From assembly GCA_016865855.1 (NCBI GenBank), contig VGNX01000003.1, forward strand, positions 4,147-68,146: DNA of 64,000 nt. The letters are read 5' to 3'. Within the stretch, counting starts at the first letter, position 1. Each line of letters opens with the position of its first letter. The notes beneath the pieces were generated by a model. That model made no database searches, had not been told where the DNA came from, and saw nothing but the letters and a program-made list of their open reading frames with translations. The DNA comes from Chloroflexota bacterium (GTDB lineage: Bacteria > Chloroflexota > Dehalococcoidia > GIF9 > UBA5629). The position numbers and the translations under genes are program-made. This document shows positions 44,968 to 54,085 of this stretch, in pieces.

Positions 44968-45540
44968 TCACTGAGCTCCACTCGCTGATTGCCAAACTTC
45001 AAGAAATTGCTGAACAATCCGAGCTGTAGCCCCCCATATCACCCGCCCCCCATATTCATAGGAGTAATTAACAAAAACCTCATTGCCAAAAGTGTAATAT
45101 TCCTCCTTTTTGTTAGCTTTATGCAACAAGGCTGAGACGGGTATGCTAAAAATCTCATCAATTTCATAACGATTCAGACTGAACCCGTAAGGATAGGGGA
45201 TAAGAGCTATAAAAGGTGAGATATTGAAATGCGAAGTCGTCGTTGGAGTATCATCCAATTCACCCAGAATCTCCACGTCTTCAGCTTTCACTCCAATCTC
45301 TTCCCAGCTCTCTCTAAGAGCTGTATCCAAAAGGCTAGGGTCATCTTCGCTGCGTGCCCCGCCAGGAAACGATATCTGCCCCTTGTGATGCGGCACCTGG
45401 TCACTCCGCTGGGTGAAAAGGATATGATATTCCCCGTCTTTGCAAAAAATCGGAACGAGAACTGCTGCCTCAGTCAGGCTTCTGTCACTTAAACTCATCC
45501 TCTGCAGTGAAGCCAAGGCTTGCTTGAGCTTTTTCTTCAT
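44968..45540 (-). CDS. Nudix hydrolase, CoA pyrophosphatase-like
   Basis: 190 aa with ISFPGGARSEDDPSLLDTALRESWEEIGV (Nudix box with the upstream PGG typical of NudL/Nudt7-type enzymes). Confidence 0.8.
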   Translation of the reverse strand: MKKKLKQALASLQRMSLSDRSLTEAAVLVPIFCKDGEYHILFTQRSDQVPHHKGQISFPGGARSEDDPSLLDTALRESWEEIGVKAEDVEILGELDDTPTTTSHFNISPFIALIPYPYGFSLNRYEIDEIFSIPVSALLHKANKKEEYYTFGNEVFVNYSYEYGGRVIWGATARIVQQFLEVWQSASGAQ

Positions 45541-45624
45541 TTAACAACCAATCATACACCACCCCCATCTACAAGACAACCTGGATAGCGTCTCATCAAC
45601 GCTTACTCTTTTAGAGGAGGGAAA

Positions 45625-45917
45625 CATGTAGTTGCGACCCTTTAGGGTCGTAATCGGCGAGGCTTCAGCCTCGCCACTAGCCAGTGTCGCTCCTCTCCCT
45701 GGACAGGAGAGGTAAGGGTGAGTGTGAAATACCTGCTCGAAAAGTTCTCATTCTGCGTCATTCTGAGCGCAGCGAAGAATCTACTACTGCCTCTCCGTGG
45801 AGCTTACCCTTAAAAGTGAGATTCTTCGGTCGCTCCGCTCCCTCAGAATGACAGGCGAAATGTAGTTGCGACCCTTCAGGGTCGTAATCGGCGAGGCTGA
45901 AGCCCCGCCGCTACATG
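45625..45917. repeat. Composite repeat block: family 1 - family 4 - family 2 - family 1
   Basis: CATGTAGTTGCGACCCTTTAGGGTCG..GGCGAGGCTTCAGCCTCGCC, then CTCCCTGGACAGGAGAGGTAAGGGTGAGTGTGAA, then GTCATTCTGAGCGCAGCGAAGAATCT...CTCAGAATGACA, then ATGTAGTTGCGACCCTTCAGGGTCG..CTACATG. Confidence 0.9.
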
Positions 45918-46205
45918 TTTCCCCTTGGTTTTCGCCTTCTCGGCAAGGTCTCCACCGACAGGTTTGTTTAAAATCTTTGTAAAATTGCCCCCAACCTATT
46001 GACGGGGGGGTAACATGTAATAATCTTATCATAACGCGCATATGCAGGAGATGGACATAAACCATAATGCCTGATGGTTTATTGCCTATCTACAGTCGAG
46101 GGCAATGGCTGCCCGTAACAGACCGCGGCTGATGGTGGCTATGGTCTCTTTTATCTTATTAGAGCAAGAGACACTAGCAATAACTACTTTGGGGCAGCAA
46201 CTCAG

Positions 46206-47783
46206 TTGAAGGTGAGCTATGCTGACTACTCTACAACCTATACGACAAATCCGAACGGCGGTGCCTGGACGTGGGCACAAATAAACTCTCTTCAAGCCGG
46301 AGTTTCATTACTGCATGAGCATTGGCTCCCGGACAGAGAGTCAAGATGCACCTGGGTCTGGGTCGTGGTTGACTACACCCCCTACACCCCGCCTACCGCC
46401 GACTTCACCGCCAACCCAACCTCGGGCTGCGCCCCACTAGACGTCCAATTCACCGATACCTCTACCGGCAGCCCTACCTCGTGGCAGTGGGACTTCGATA
46501 ACAACGGCACCATCGACAGTACCGACCAGAATCCGTCCTATCAACATAACACCCCGGGCACCTATACCGTTAAGCTCACCGCCACCAATGCCTGCGGCTC
46601 CAATGACGAAATCAAAACTAACTACATCACCGTCAACCCAGCTCCACCTCCACCAGCTCCCACGGTGACCTCAGTCACTCCCAACACGGGCACTCGAGGA
46701 CAGACGCTATCACCCGTCATCACCGGCACCAACTTCACCGGAGCCAGTGCCGTCAGCTTCGGTGCCGGTATAACCGTCAACAGTTACACGGTGAACAGCG
46801 CCACCCAGATAACCGCCGACATCACCATTGCTGCTGATGCCACACCCGGAGCCAGGGATGTCTCCGTGACCACGCCGGGAGGCACCGGGACTCTGAATAA
46901 CGGCTTCACGGTAATCCAGCAAACTCAATCCGTAACCACGGCCACGGGCACCGGCACTGCCATCTTCTCTACAAGCACTGGCGGGTGCACCAACCTGACT
47001 GCCGTAGCTGAAGGAACACCGCCGGTCGCGGGCAAACCAGCAGGAGTTAGTTTCCCCCACGGGCTGTTCTCCTTCAATATCATTAATATTGCACCAGGCT
47101 CAACTGTTACGATAACCATCACTCTACCATCACCAATGCCGGTAGGAACTCAATACTGGAAATATCAGGCAGTGATAGGCTGGTTTCAGATACCCATTGG
47201 CAGTGATGACGGAGATAATGTAATAACCATCCAGCTCACTGATGGCGGCTTGGGAGACGCTGATGGAGCGGCTAACGGCACTATTGTTGACCCAGGCGGA
47301 CCAGCACCTTCACCACCTCCACCACCTCCGCCTCCACCAGCACCTCCGGCACCACGGGCTTCATCCCAGCCACCGCGACCACCACAGCTGCCGCCACCGG
47401 ATATACGCCTGCAGCACCTTGCCGTCAGCCCCGGGCAAACTTATGCCGGGCAGCCGGTGACCGTCTTAGCCAACGTGGTCAACAACGGCGGCCAGACCGG
47501 CAGCTACAATGTTGCCCTCAGGATAAACGGGAAGGTGGAGCAGCAGAGGATGGTCGAGGTGTCACCGGGAAGTGCTCACCCGGTTAAGTTCACCGTGACC
47601 AAATCCCAGCCGGGCACTTACACGGTGGCTATTGACGGTCAGAAAGCCAGCTTCACCGTCATCGGCGCTGGCAGCAGCACCGGCAGCACCACTGGCTCTA
47701 AAACCAGTGCCGTAATCGCCTTAACACTTTTGGGCATTCTACTTATGGCTAGTGTTGTGGTACTGCTCCTCCGCCGCACCTAA
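46206..47783 (+). CDS. Cell-surface protein: PKD domain, IPT/TIG-like domain, Pro-rich linker, CARDB-like domain, C-terminal TM anchor (N-terminus possibly truncated)
   Basis: PKD signature FTANPTSGCAPLDVQFTDTS...WDFDNNG...GTYTVKLTATNACG. Also PTVTSVTPNTGTRGQTLSPVITGTNF, a PPPPPPPPPAPPAP tract and C-terminal LLGILLMASVVVLLLRR. Only TTG/GTG starts are available and no signal peptide is present. Confidence 0.7.
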   Translation: MKVSYADYSTTYTTNPNGGAWTWAQINSLQAGVSLLHEHWLPDRESRCTWVWVVVDYTPYTPPTADFTANPTSGCAPLDVQFTDTSTGSPTSWQWDFDNNGTIDSTDQNPSYQHNTPGTYTVKLTATNACGSNDEIKTNYITVNPAPPPPAPTVTSVTPNTGTRGQTLSPVITGTNFTGASAVSFGAGITVNSYTVNSATQITADITIAADATPGARDVSVTTPGGTGTLNNGFTVIQQTQSVTTATGTGTAIFSTSTGGCTNLTAVAEGTPPVAGKPAGVSFPHGLFSFNIINIAPGSTVTITITLPSPMPVGTQYWKYQAVIGWFQIPIGSDDGDNVITIQLTDGGLGDADGAANGTIVDPGGPAPSPPPPPPPPPAPPAPRASSQPPRPPQLPPPDIRLQHLAVSPGQTYAGQPVTVLANVVNNGGQTGSYNVALRINGKVEQQRMVEVSPGSAHPVKFTVTKSQPGTYTVAIDGQKASFTVIGAGSSTGSTTGSKTSAVIALTLLGILLMASVVVLLLRRT

Positions 47784-47836
47784 TCAGCACGCCTTAGAAA
47801 GACAGGGGGCAAGGGTCAGAAATCGCCCCCTTTTAT

Positions 47837-48127
47837 TTCACCCTCACCCTAACCCTTCCCAGAGGGAAAGGGAGAGGGGAAATTGGGTGATTCTCTCCCA
47901 TCATAGGGATGATTTTACTCCGCCAAAGGGAAATGTAGCTGCATCATTTAGGGTCAAGGCTAAAGCCTCGCCGCTACATGCCTAATATCTCCCCACTGTC
48001 CGAGGCTCTCGTTCTGTGTCATTCTGAGCACAGCGAAGAATCTACCATTGCCTCTCCGTGGCGCTTCCCATTAAGTGAGATTCTTCCTTCACTTAGTTCA
48101 GGGCTCGCTCCACTCTCTCAGAATGGT
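47837..48127. repeat. Composite repeat block: family 4 (inverted) - family 1 - family 2
   Basis: TTCACCCTCACCCTAACCCTTCCCAGAGGGAAAGGGAGAGGGG, then ATGTAGCTGC..GGCTAAAGCCTCGCCGCTACATG, then GTCATTCTGAGCACAGCGAAGAATCT...CTCTCAGAATGG. Confidence 0.85.
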
Positions 48128-48262
48128 AAGTAAAAAACACTGAAGCATCTTGAAATGTACTAACCTGCAGCCAAGATGTGACTTAATAAACAATTTCCCC
48201 TATCTAAAATTTGCCAAAAAGTCGATTTGTTAGCTATACTGTAAAGTTGAGGTTTATTGTTT

Positions 48263-49357
48263 ATGCCGAACAATCGAGATTATTACGAGCTACTGGGAGT
48301 TCTCAGAAACGCCAGTGACGAGGAAATTAAAAAGGCTTTCCGCAAGTTGGCCTTCAAGTACCATCCTGACCACAATAAAGAGGCGGAAGCTGAAGAGAAA
48401 TTCAAGGAGATAAACGAGGCCTACGAAGTACTCTCCGATGCCAAAAAGCGTGCCTCTTATGACCGCTATGGCCGTGTAGCTACTGCAGATTTGTTTGGTT
48501 TCGAAGACTTCGGCTTCGGTGGCTTAGGTGACATCTTCGATGCTTTTTTCGGCGGCACCACTGCCAGAGCTCAACGTCGCTCCCCCCAAAAGGGAGCTGT
48601 CCTGCGAGCCAACCTAACCCTTTCTTTTGAGGAAGCTATTTTCGGAGCAGAAAAACAATTTGAGATTTGGCGCATCGAAAACTGCTCTGTATGTCACGGT
48701 CTCGGCAGCCAGCCCGGAACAAAACCTCAAAAATGCCCTAACTGTAACGGCAATGGTGAAGTACGCCGAGTCCAACAAAGCCTTTTCGGGCGCTTCATCC
48801 ACGCTGCCACCTGTCCACACTGCAAAGGCGAAGGCATGGTTATTAACAACCCCTGCCGCCAGTGCAAAGGCAGCGGCAAAGAGAGAGTAAAACGCAAGCT
48901 GACGGTCACCGTTCCACCAGGAATTGACGAAAACTACCAGATGCGCCTCAGTAATGAAGGCGATACTGGAAAATACGGCGGCTCCCCCGGTGACATCTGT
49001 ATTAACTTTTCCGTAAAACCCCATAAGTTCTTTGTCCGTAAGGGGAATGATATCCTCCATGAATTGCCCATTAATTTCGCTCAAGCTGCCCTGGGAGATA
49101 ATATAGAAGTGCTGACCCTGGACGGTAAAGCAACATTTAAGATACCGTCGGGGACTCAGAACGGAAAGGTGTTCCGCATCAAAGGCAAGGGGGTGCCTCG
49201 TCTCAACAGCAAGGGGAGGGGAGACCAACTGGTCATAATCCGGGTAGTAACCCCGCAATCTATAGACGCCAATCAACGGCGACTTTTTGAAGAATTGGCT
49301 AAAACACTGCCCACGGCGACAATGTCTGAAGGCGAAGACCACGAAATAATCGATTAG
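48263..49357 (+). CDS. dnaJ: Molecular chaperone DnaJ (type I, four CxxCxGxG motifs)
   Basis: J domain [15 protein letters not shown] region, then [24 protein letters not shown] and [11 protein letters not shown] at 48263 (the track starts at TTG 48257). Confidence 0.92.
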   Translation: MPNNRDYYELLGVLRNASDEEIKKAFRKLAFKYHPDHNKEAEAEEKFKEINEAYEVLSDAKKRASYDRYGRVATADLFGFEDFGFGGLGDIFDAFFGGTTARAQRRSPQKGAVLRANLTLSFEEAIFGAEKQFEIWRIENCSVCHGLGSQPGTKPQKCPNCNGNGEVRRVQQSLFGRFIHAATCPHCKGEGMVINNPCRQCKGSGKERVKRKLTVTVPPGIDENYQMRLSNEGDTGKYGGSPGDICINFSVKPHKFFVRKGNDILHELPINFAQAALGDNIEVLTLDGKATFKIPSGTQNGKVFRIKGKGVPRLNSKGRGDQLVIIRVVTPQSIDANQRRLFEELAKTLPTATMSEGEDHEIID

Positions 49358-49380
49358 ATGGGAGATGCACCCATCGAGAA

Positions 49381-50379
49381 TTAGACGATTGATTCAGGCT
49401 TCAGCCCGTTCTTGAACCGTATTGATGCCTCAGCTGGTGGCAGGGACTCGAACAACACGCTGTATACGAGATTTATAATTGGTGTTTCAAGTCTCAGCCT
49501 ATTCGCCAAACTGTGGGCAGCTATAGCTGTATCAACCCCCTCAGCCACATGAGACATAGAAGCAATTATGTCATTCAAAGGTCGCCCTTTACCTAATTCG
49601 TAACCCACATAGTGATTACGACTCAATAGACTGTTGCCGGTAGCTATTAGATCGCCCAGTCCAGCCAGTCCATAAAAAGTGCCTGGCTTAGCTCCCAAGG
49701 CTATCCCTAGCGAAACAACCTCGCTCCAGCCCAGAGTGATAAACGCGGCTTTGGCATTGTTGCCCAGATCCAAGCCATCCATAATTCCAGCCCCCAAGGC
49801 AATCACATTCTTCAAGGCACCGCATAGCTCAACACCAACAATGTCATCGCTGACGAAAACGGAGAAATTTGGTGAATCTAGCAATCCCTGCACCTTTCTA
49901 GCAACCTCGACGCCCCGACCAGCTACTACCGAGGTAGCAGGTAAGCCTTGGTTAATCTCCCCAGAAAGATTCGGCCCAGATAGAGCGCATATCCTGTCCT
50001 GTGAAACAGAGGCAACCTCATCCGCTATTACCTCTGACATTCTTTTGCCAGTTTCCGCTTCCAGCCCCTTAGCTGCGCTTATCAGGATCATAGAAGCGTT
50101 TAAATGAGGATTACTCAGCCTCACATTCTGCCGCATGCGTTGAGCCGGCACGACACAGATAACAAACTCGGCTGAGTGTAACGCCTCGTCAAGATTACCG
50201 GTAAACGAAAGACAATCGGTAGAGACGTCTTTCGATAGGCACCCTTGGTGCCCCTGTCTTAGCTCCTTGGCCCTGACCTCAGTCCGCGCCCAAACGCTGA
50301 CCATCACCCCTTTGTCTGCCAACAGCCTGCCCAGAGTATTACCCCAGGTAGTAGCGCCGATAACAGCAACTTTAGCCAT
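49381..50379 (-). CDS. gpsA: NAD(P)H-dependent glycerol-3-phosphate dehydrogenase
   Basis: 332 aa with VAVIGATTWGNTLG and GALKNVIALGAGI...GLAGLGDL. Confidence 0.9.
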   Translation of the reverse strand: MAKVAVIGATTWGNTLGRLLADKGVMVSVWARTEVRAKELRQGHQGCLSKDVSTDCLSFTGNLDEALHSAEFVICVVPAQRMRQNVRLSNPHLNASMILISAAKGLEAETGKRMSEVIADEVASVSQDRICALSGPNLSGEINQGLPATSVVAGRGVEVARKVQGLLDSPNFSVFVSDDIVGVELCGALKNVIALGAGIMDGLDLGNNAKAAFITLGWSEVVSLGIALGAKPGTFYGLAGLGDLIATGNSLLSRNHYVGYELGKGRPLNDIIASMSHVAEGVDTAIAAHSLANRLRLETPIINLVYSVLFESLPPAEASIRFKNGLKPESIV

Positions 50380-50445
50380 AATTAGTCATCCCTTGAGAAG
50401 AGCGAATCGTCATGCGGTTACAGTCACGAAGCACTAATCACAGGC

Positions 50446-51099
50446 CTATCTCAGTGCGCTTTTGTCCATCCGACTCTCAGTCCCGGCTTGCAGCCTGCTG
50501 ATATTGCTACGGTGTTGATAGACAATCAAAGCTGCGGATACTATGCTATAAACTAAGTAAACAGGGGGAGATACATCAGCCACCGTCAGTACCATGAACA
50601 GACACAAGATACCCAATGAGCCAAGTATGGAACCCAAGGACATGTATTTACTCAGCCAAACCGTCAATATCAAAATCGCACCACCGAATAAAGCAGCCAC
50701 TGGGAAAATAGCAAACCAGCTACCAAAGTAAGCAGCTGCACCCTTACCACCACGAAATTTGATATACACTGACCAGCTGTGCCCCACCATCACCATCAAA
50801 GCCGTTATGACCTGACCCCATTGCCAATTAAGAGTAAAACCCGCTATGGACAGTACACTGTCACCTATAATGAATTTGGCCAGCATCACTGGCGCAAATG
50901 CCTTGGCTAAGTCAAGAGCCATAACTATGGCTCCTGCCTTGAAGCCTAGAACTCGCAACACGTTGGTGCCGCCAAGATTACCGCTACCGTGCTTAGAAAT
51001 ATCAATCCCTGCCATCTGCTTGCTGATTATTAAAGCAAACGGAATGGCACCCATAAGATAACCAATCACCGCAACAAGGACGAATTTAGCAACTATCAT
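50446..51099 (-). CDS. plsY: Glycerol-3-phosphate acyltransferase PlsY
   Basis: 217-aa membrane protein with GSGNLGGTNVLR and FRGGKGAA motifs. Confidence 0.9.
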   Translation of the reverse strand: MIVAKFVLVAVIGYLMGAIPFALIISKQMAGIDISKHGSGNLGGTNVLRVLGFKAGAIVMALDLAKAFAPVMLAKFIIGDSVLSIAGFTLNWQWGQVITALMVMVGHSWSVYIKFRGGKGAAAYFGSWFAIFPVAALFGGAILILTVWLSKYMSLGSILGSLGILCLFMVLTVADVSPPVYLVYSIVSAALIVYQHRSNISRLQAGTESRMDKSALR

Positions 51100-52435
51100 G
51101 CCTTCTCACCCCCACTTTCTGAAGCTTTCTTGATCTTACCTTCTTAAAAAGAAGCCGCAATGAGGTACCAGAAAACCCAAAGGTTTGCCGAAGCCTGTTC
51201 TCCAAATAGCGCTGATAAGAGAAGTGCACTAGCTCCGGGTCATTAACCAGGAGAGCAAAGGTCGGCGGATTTATGCCTGCCTGATAGGCACGAATAACTT
51301 CAAGCTGCTTTAAGCCTTTCCTTGGCCGCGTATGAGCCGTCACCGCCTCCTTAATGAGCTTATCCACTACTAGGTCTGGCAATTGCTTTTGTCTTTCTTG
51401 CCACACCTCCAGAACCTTAGGTATTATCCCATCTACGCCATGCCTAAATTTAGCCGAAACATAAAGAACGGGCACATGAGACATAAACTTTAACCGCTGC
51501 CGAATTTGTTGAGCATACGCTTCCTTAGGCTGTCCAGAAACAAGATCCCACTTGTTAATCACCAGTACCATGCCTTTACCCGCCTGCTTGATATAGCCAG
51601 CAATATGCACATCCTGAGCAGTAATAAATTCAGTGGCATCAGTAGCTAACAGGGCGACATCACAACGATTAATGGCGCGCAAAGCCCGAATCAAGCTGTA
51701 ATACTCTATTCCTATACTAGCACGCCCACGCCGTCTGATACCAGCAGTATCAATCAGCAACAACTCCTGCCCTCGATAATTGAAAACAGTATCGACAGCA
51801 TCCCGAGTTGTCCCCGGAACCTGGTCCACGATGGCTCTCTCCTCACCTACAATAGCATTCAACAACATTGATTTCCCTACATTAGGTCGCCCCACAATGG
51901 CTAACTTAGGCCCATCTGAATCAACAAAACCAATGGAAGGCTCGGGAAGAAGAGGAGTTACCGCCTGCAAAAGCCCGTTTATACCCCGACCATGCTGAGC
52001 ACTGATGGCCAGTGGAGTGCCAACACCTAACTGGTAGAAATCGGCTATCTGGCTTTCCAGCCTGGCGTTATCTGCTTTATTAGCCACCAAAACTACCGGC
52101 TTATCGCAGCTACGCAGCCGGTCAGCTATATCACAGTCAGCAGCAATCACCCCATCACGAACATCCACCGCAAAGATAATCACATCAGCCTCAACTATGG
52201 CCGCCTCTACCTGACCCTTGACTTTTTGAGCCAAGGAAGAACCTGGCCTCAGTTCCAAACCACCGGTGTCAACCAAAGTCACTTCCCGTCCCTGCCAGGA
52301 AACATCAGCAAAGACGCGGTCGCGTGTTGTACCCGGAAGGTCTTCAACAATAGCTACCGACTCGCCTGCCAGGCGGTTAAACAGCGTCGACTTGCCAACA
52401 TTAGCTCTACCAACTATAGCTACAACCGGCTTCAT
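51086..52435 (-). CDS. der: Ribosome-biogenesis GTPase Der (EngA)
   Basis: 449 aa with two G domains (GRANVGKST, GRPNVGKSM; DTGG, DTAG; NKAD, NKWD) and a KH-like C-terminus. Confidence 0.92.
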   Translation of the reverse strand: MKPVVAIVGRANVGKSTLFNRLAGESVAIVEDLPGTTRDRVFADVSWQGREVTLVDTGGLELRPGSSLAQKVKGQVEAAIVEADVIIFAVDVRDGVIAADCDIADRLRSCDKPVVLVANKADNARLESQIADFYQLGVGTPLAISAQHGRGINGLLQAVTPLLPEPSIGFVDSDGPKLAIVGRPNVGKSMLLNAIVGEERAIVDQVPGTTRDAVDTVFNYRGQELLLIDTAGIRRRGRASIGIEYYSLIRALRAINRCDVALLATDATEFITAQDVHIAGYIKQAGKGMVLVINKWDLVSGQPKEAYAQQIRQRLKFMSHVPVLYVSAKFRHGVDGIIPKVLEVWQERQKQLPDLVVDKLIKEAVTAHTRPRKGLKQLEVIRAYQAGINPPTFALLVNDPELVHFSYQRYLENRLRQTFGFSGTSLRLLFKKVRSRKLQKVGVRRHDSC

Positions 52436-52487
52436 GTCTTACTTACTTTCGGGATAATAGTGGTTAATAAATAAAGAATACCACTTG

Positions 52488-53417
52488 TTAGTGGGTGCGT
52501 CCAGCCTTGCCAAAAATCTCAGCTAGCAACGCCTTTTGCAGGTGTAACCTATTTTCTGCCTGGTCGAAGACTACCGAGCATGGACTGTCCAGAAACCCAA
52601 CAGCAACCTCCTCCCCATGATGGGCTGGCATAGGATGCATAAATATAGCATCCTTCTTAGCCAAAGACAATAACCGGTAATCAATCTGGTAGCCAGCAAA
52701 GGCTTTGCGGCGCTGCTCAGCCTCAACTTCTTGCCCCATGCTCGTCCAGACGTCGGTATAAACCACATCGGCATCCTCCACCGCCTGCTCAGGCTTCTCG
52801 GTTAAGAGGACCTGGCTACCGCTATGAGATGCAAATCCTTTAGCTGCCTGCACTATCTCATCCCTCACCGCATAGCCAGGCGGAGAGGCAATACGGAAGT
52901 TAATCCCGGTAAGTGAGGCTGCCAAAAGTAAACTATGAGCCACATTATTACCATCGCCAATAAAAGCCAGGTTCAAGCCTTTGAGTTTCCCTTTTTTCTC
53001 GTAAATAGTCACTATATCAGCTAGAGCCTGGCACGGATGCTCCAAATCAGAAAGAGCGTTAATTACTGGCACAGTTGAGCAACGTGCCAGTGTCTGCAAA
53101 GTTTCGTGAGAAAAGGTGCGGGCTATGATGCCATGGACATAGCGGCTGAGCACCCGAGCTACATCAGAAACCGGCTCTCGCTTGCCCAGACCTACCTCCT
53201 CGGGCGACAGGTAAAAGCTATAACCCCCCAACTGATGTATTGCCACTTCAAAACTAACCCGGGTCCGCAAAGACGGCTTCTCGAAGATAAGAACCAATAT
53301 CTTGTCAGACAGCAATTGAGGCGTCGGCCCACGCTTGATTTTCAACGCTTGGGCAATGACTTTCTCAGCCTCCGCAGCGCTCAAATCGGCTACAGAAAGC
53401 AGGTCCTTTGTCTTCAC
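52488..53417 (-). CDS. argF: Ornithine carbamoyltransferase
   Basis: 309 aa with FEKPSLRTRVSFE, HPCQALAD and DVWTSMGQE. The HCLP motif is replaced by HPMP, so the assignment versus other transcarbamylases is not absolute. Confidence 0.75.
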   Translation of the reverse strand: MKTKDLLSVADLSAAEAEKVIAQALKIKRGPTPQLLSDKILVLIFEKPSLRTRVSFEVAIHQLGGYSFYLSPEEVGLGKREPVSDVARVLSRYVHGIIARTFSHETLQTLARCSTVPVINALSDLEHPCQALADIVTIYEKKGKLKGLNLAFIGDGNNVAHSLLLAASLTGINFRIASPPGYAVRDEIVQAAKGFASHSGSQVLLTEKPEQAVEDADVVYTDVWTSMGQEVEAEQRRKAFAGYQIDYRLLSLAKKDAIFMHPMPAHHGEEVAVGFLDSPCSVVFDQAENRLHLQKALLAEIFGKAGRTH

Positions 53418-53458
53418 TTTAACCCCCTCCCGTGAGTGAGCAATAGTATACCACGGCT

Positions 53459-53585
53459 GTCAACCTGTTATATAATGAGATAGCGTATTATCTAATCAGG
53501 CTTTTCTTTGGAGGAGAGAACTGCCCCAAACGCATGTGACCACGAGGCTTTAGCCTCGTGGTCACGACCCTGAAGGGTCGCGGCT
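53459..53585. repeat. 127-bp direct repeat, copy 1 (contains a TGTTATATAAT promoter-like box and a family-1 hairpin)
   Basis: Matches 53876-54002 with about five mismatches by eye. Confidence 0.9.
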
Positions 53586-53623
53586 TTAAGGAGGCATAAA
53601 ATCAACTGAGGCAGGAGGAGTAT

Positions 53624-53839
53624 ATGGGTAAAAAGGGAAGACAAAGCGAGCCAAAATTCCAAGTAAATGACACAGTAACAATTAAGGGTGAAACCAAGCA
53701 TGGGATTATTATTGATGTTAATTGGGTTGGAATGTCTGGAATTAATATTGATTTCCAGCGTGACTTGTACATTTATAAAGTGAAAATAGGAGATGCCGTC
53801 AAAGACGTTATCGAAGAGGATATTATTGGAAGCAAGTAA
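53624..53839 (+). CDS. Hypothetical 71-aa protein (possibly a small SH3/Tudor-like beta-barrel)
   Basis: AGGAGG 5 nt upstream of the ATG, AT-rich coding sequence, enclosed by the 127-bp direct repeats. Confidence 0.55.
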   Translation: MGKKGRQSEPKFQVNDTVTIKGETKHGIIIDVNWVGMSGINIDFQRDLYIYKVKIGDAVKDVIEEDIIGSK

Positions 53840-53875
53840 AGATAAGCAAATCAACCATGATTGAACTGAACCGCC

Positions 53876-54002
53876 GTCAACATGTTATATAATGAGATAG
53901 CGTATTATCTAATCAGGCTTTTCTTTGGAGGAGAGAACTGCCCCAAACGCATGTAGCCACGAGGCTTTAGCCTCGTGGTCACGACCCTAAAGGGTCGTGG
54001 CT
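53876..54002. repeat. 127-bp direct repeat, copy 2 (immediately upstream of polA)
   Basis: See copy 1. Offset between the copies is 417 bp. Confidence 0.9.
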
Positions 54003-54085
54003 ACATGAGTTGGTGCATAGCCCGTGCTGGATTACGAACACATAGTCCTGTACTTCGTGTCATTCCGGAGGAACGGAGTGAAGTT

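Noticed and set aside
46000-46205. Possible riboswitch (for example c-di-GMP) in the long leader of the PKD surface-protein gene
   Set aside because: Only generic short hairpins are present. None of the conserved GEMM or other riboswitch core sequences I know could be matched by eye. An Infernal scan is needed before any claim.
45784-46295. ORFs 45784-46065 and 46086-46295 (minus strand)
   Set aside because: The first is a translation of family-1 and family-2 repeat DNA. The second overlaps the start of the PKD protein gene and has no Shine-Dalgarno or recognisable features.
53492-53854. 120-aa minus-strand ORF opposite the 71-aa gene
   Set aside because: It has a junk-like hydrophobic, low-complexity translation that extends into repeat DNA. 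The plus-strand 71-aa ORF has a perfect AGGAGG at ideal spacing and a plausible soluble sequence.
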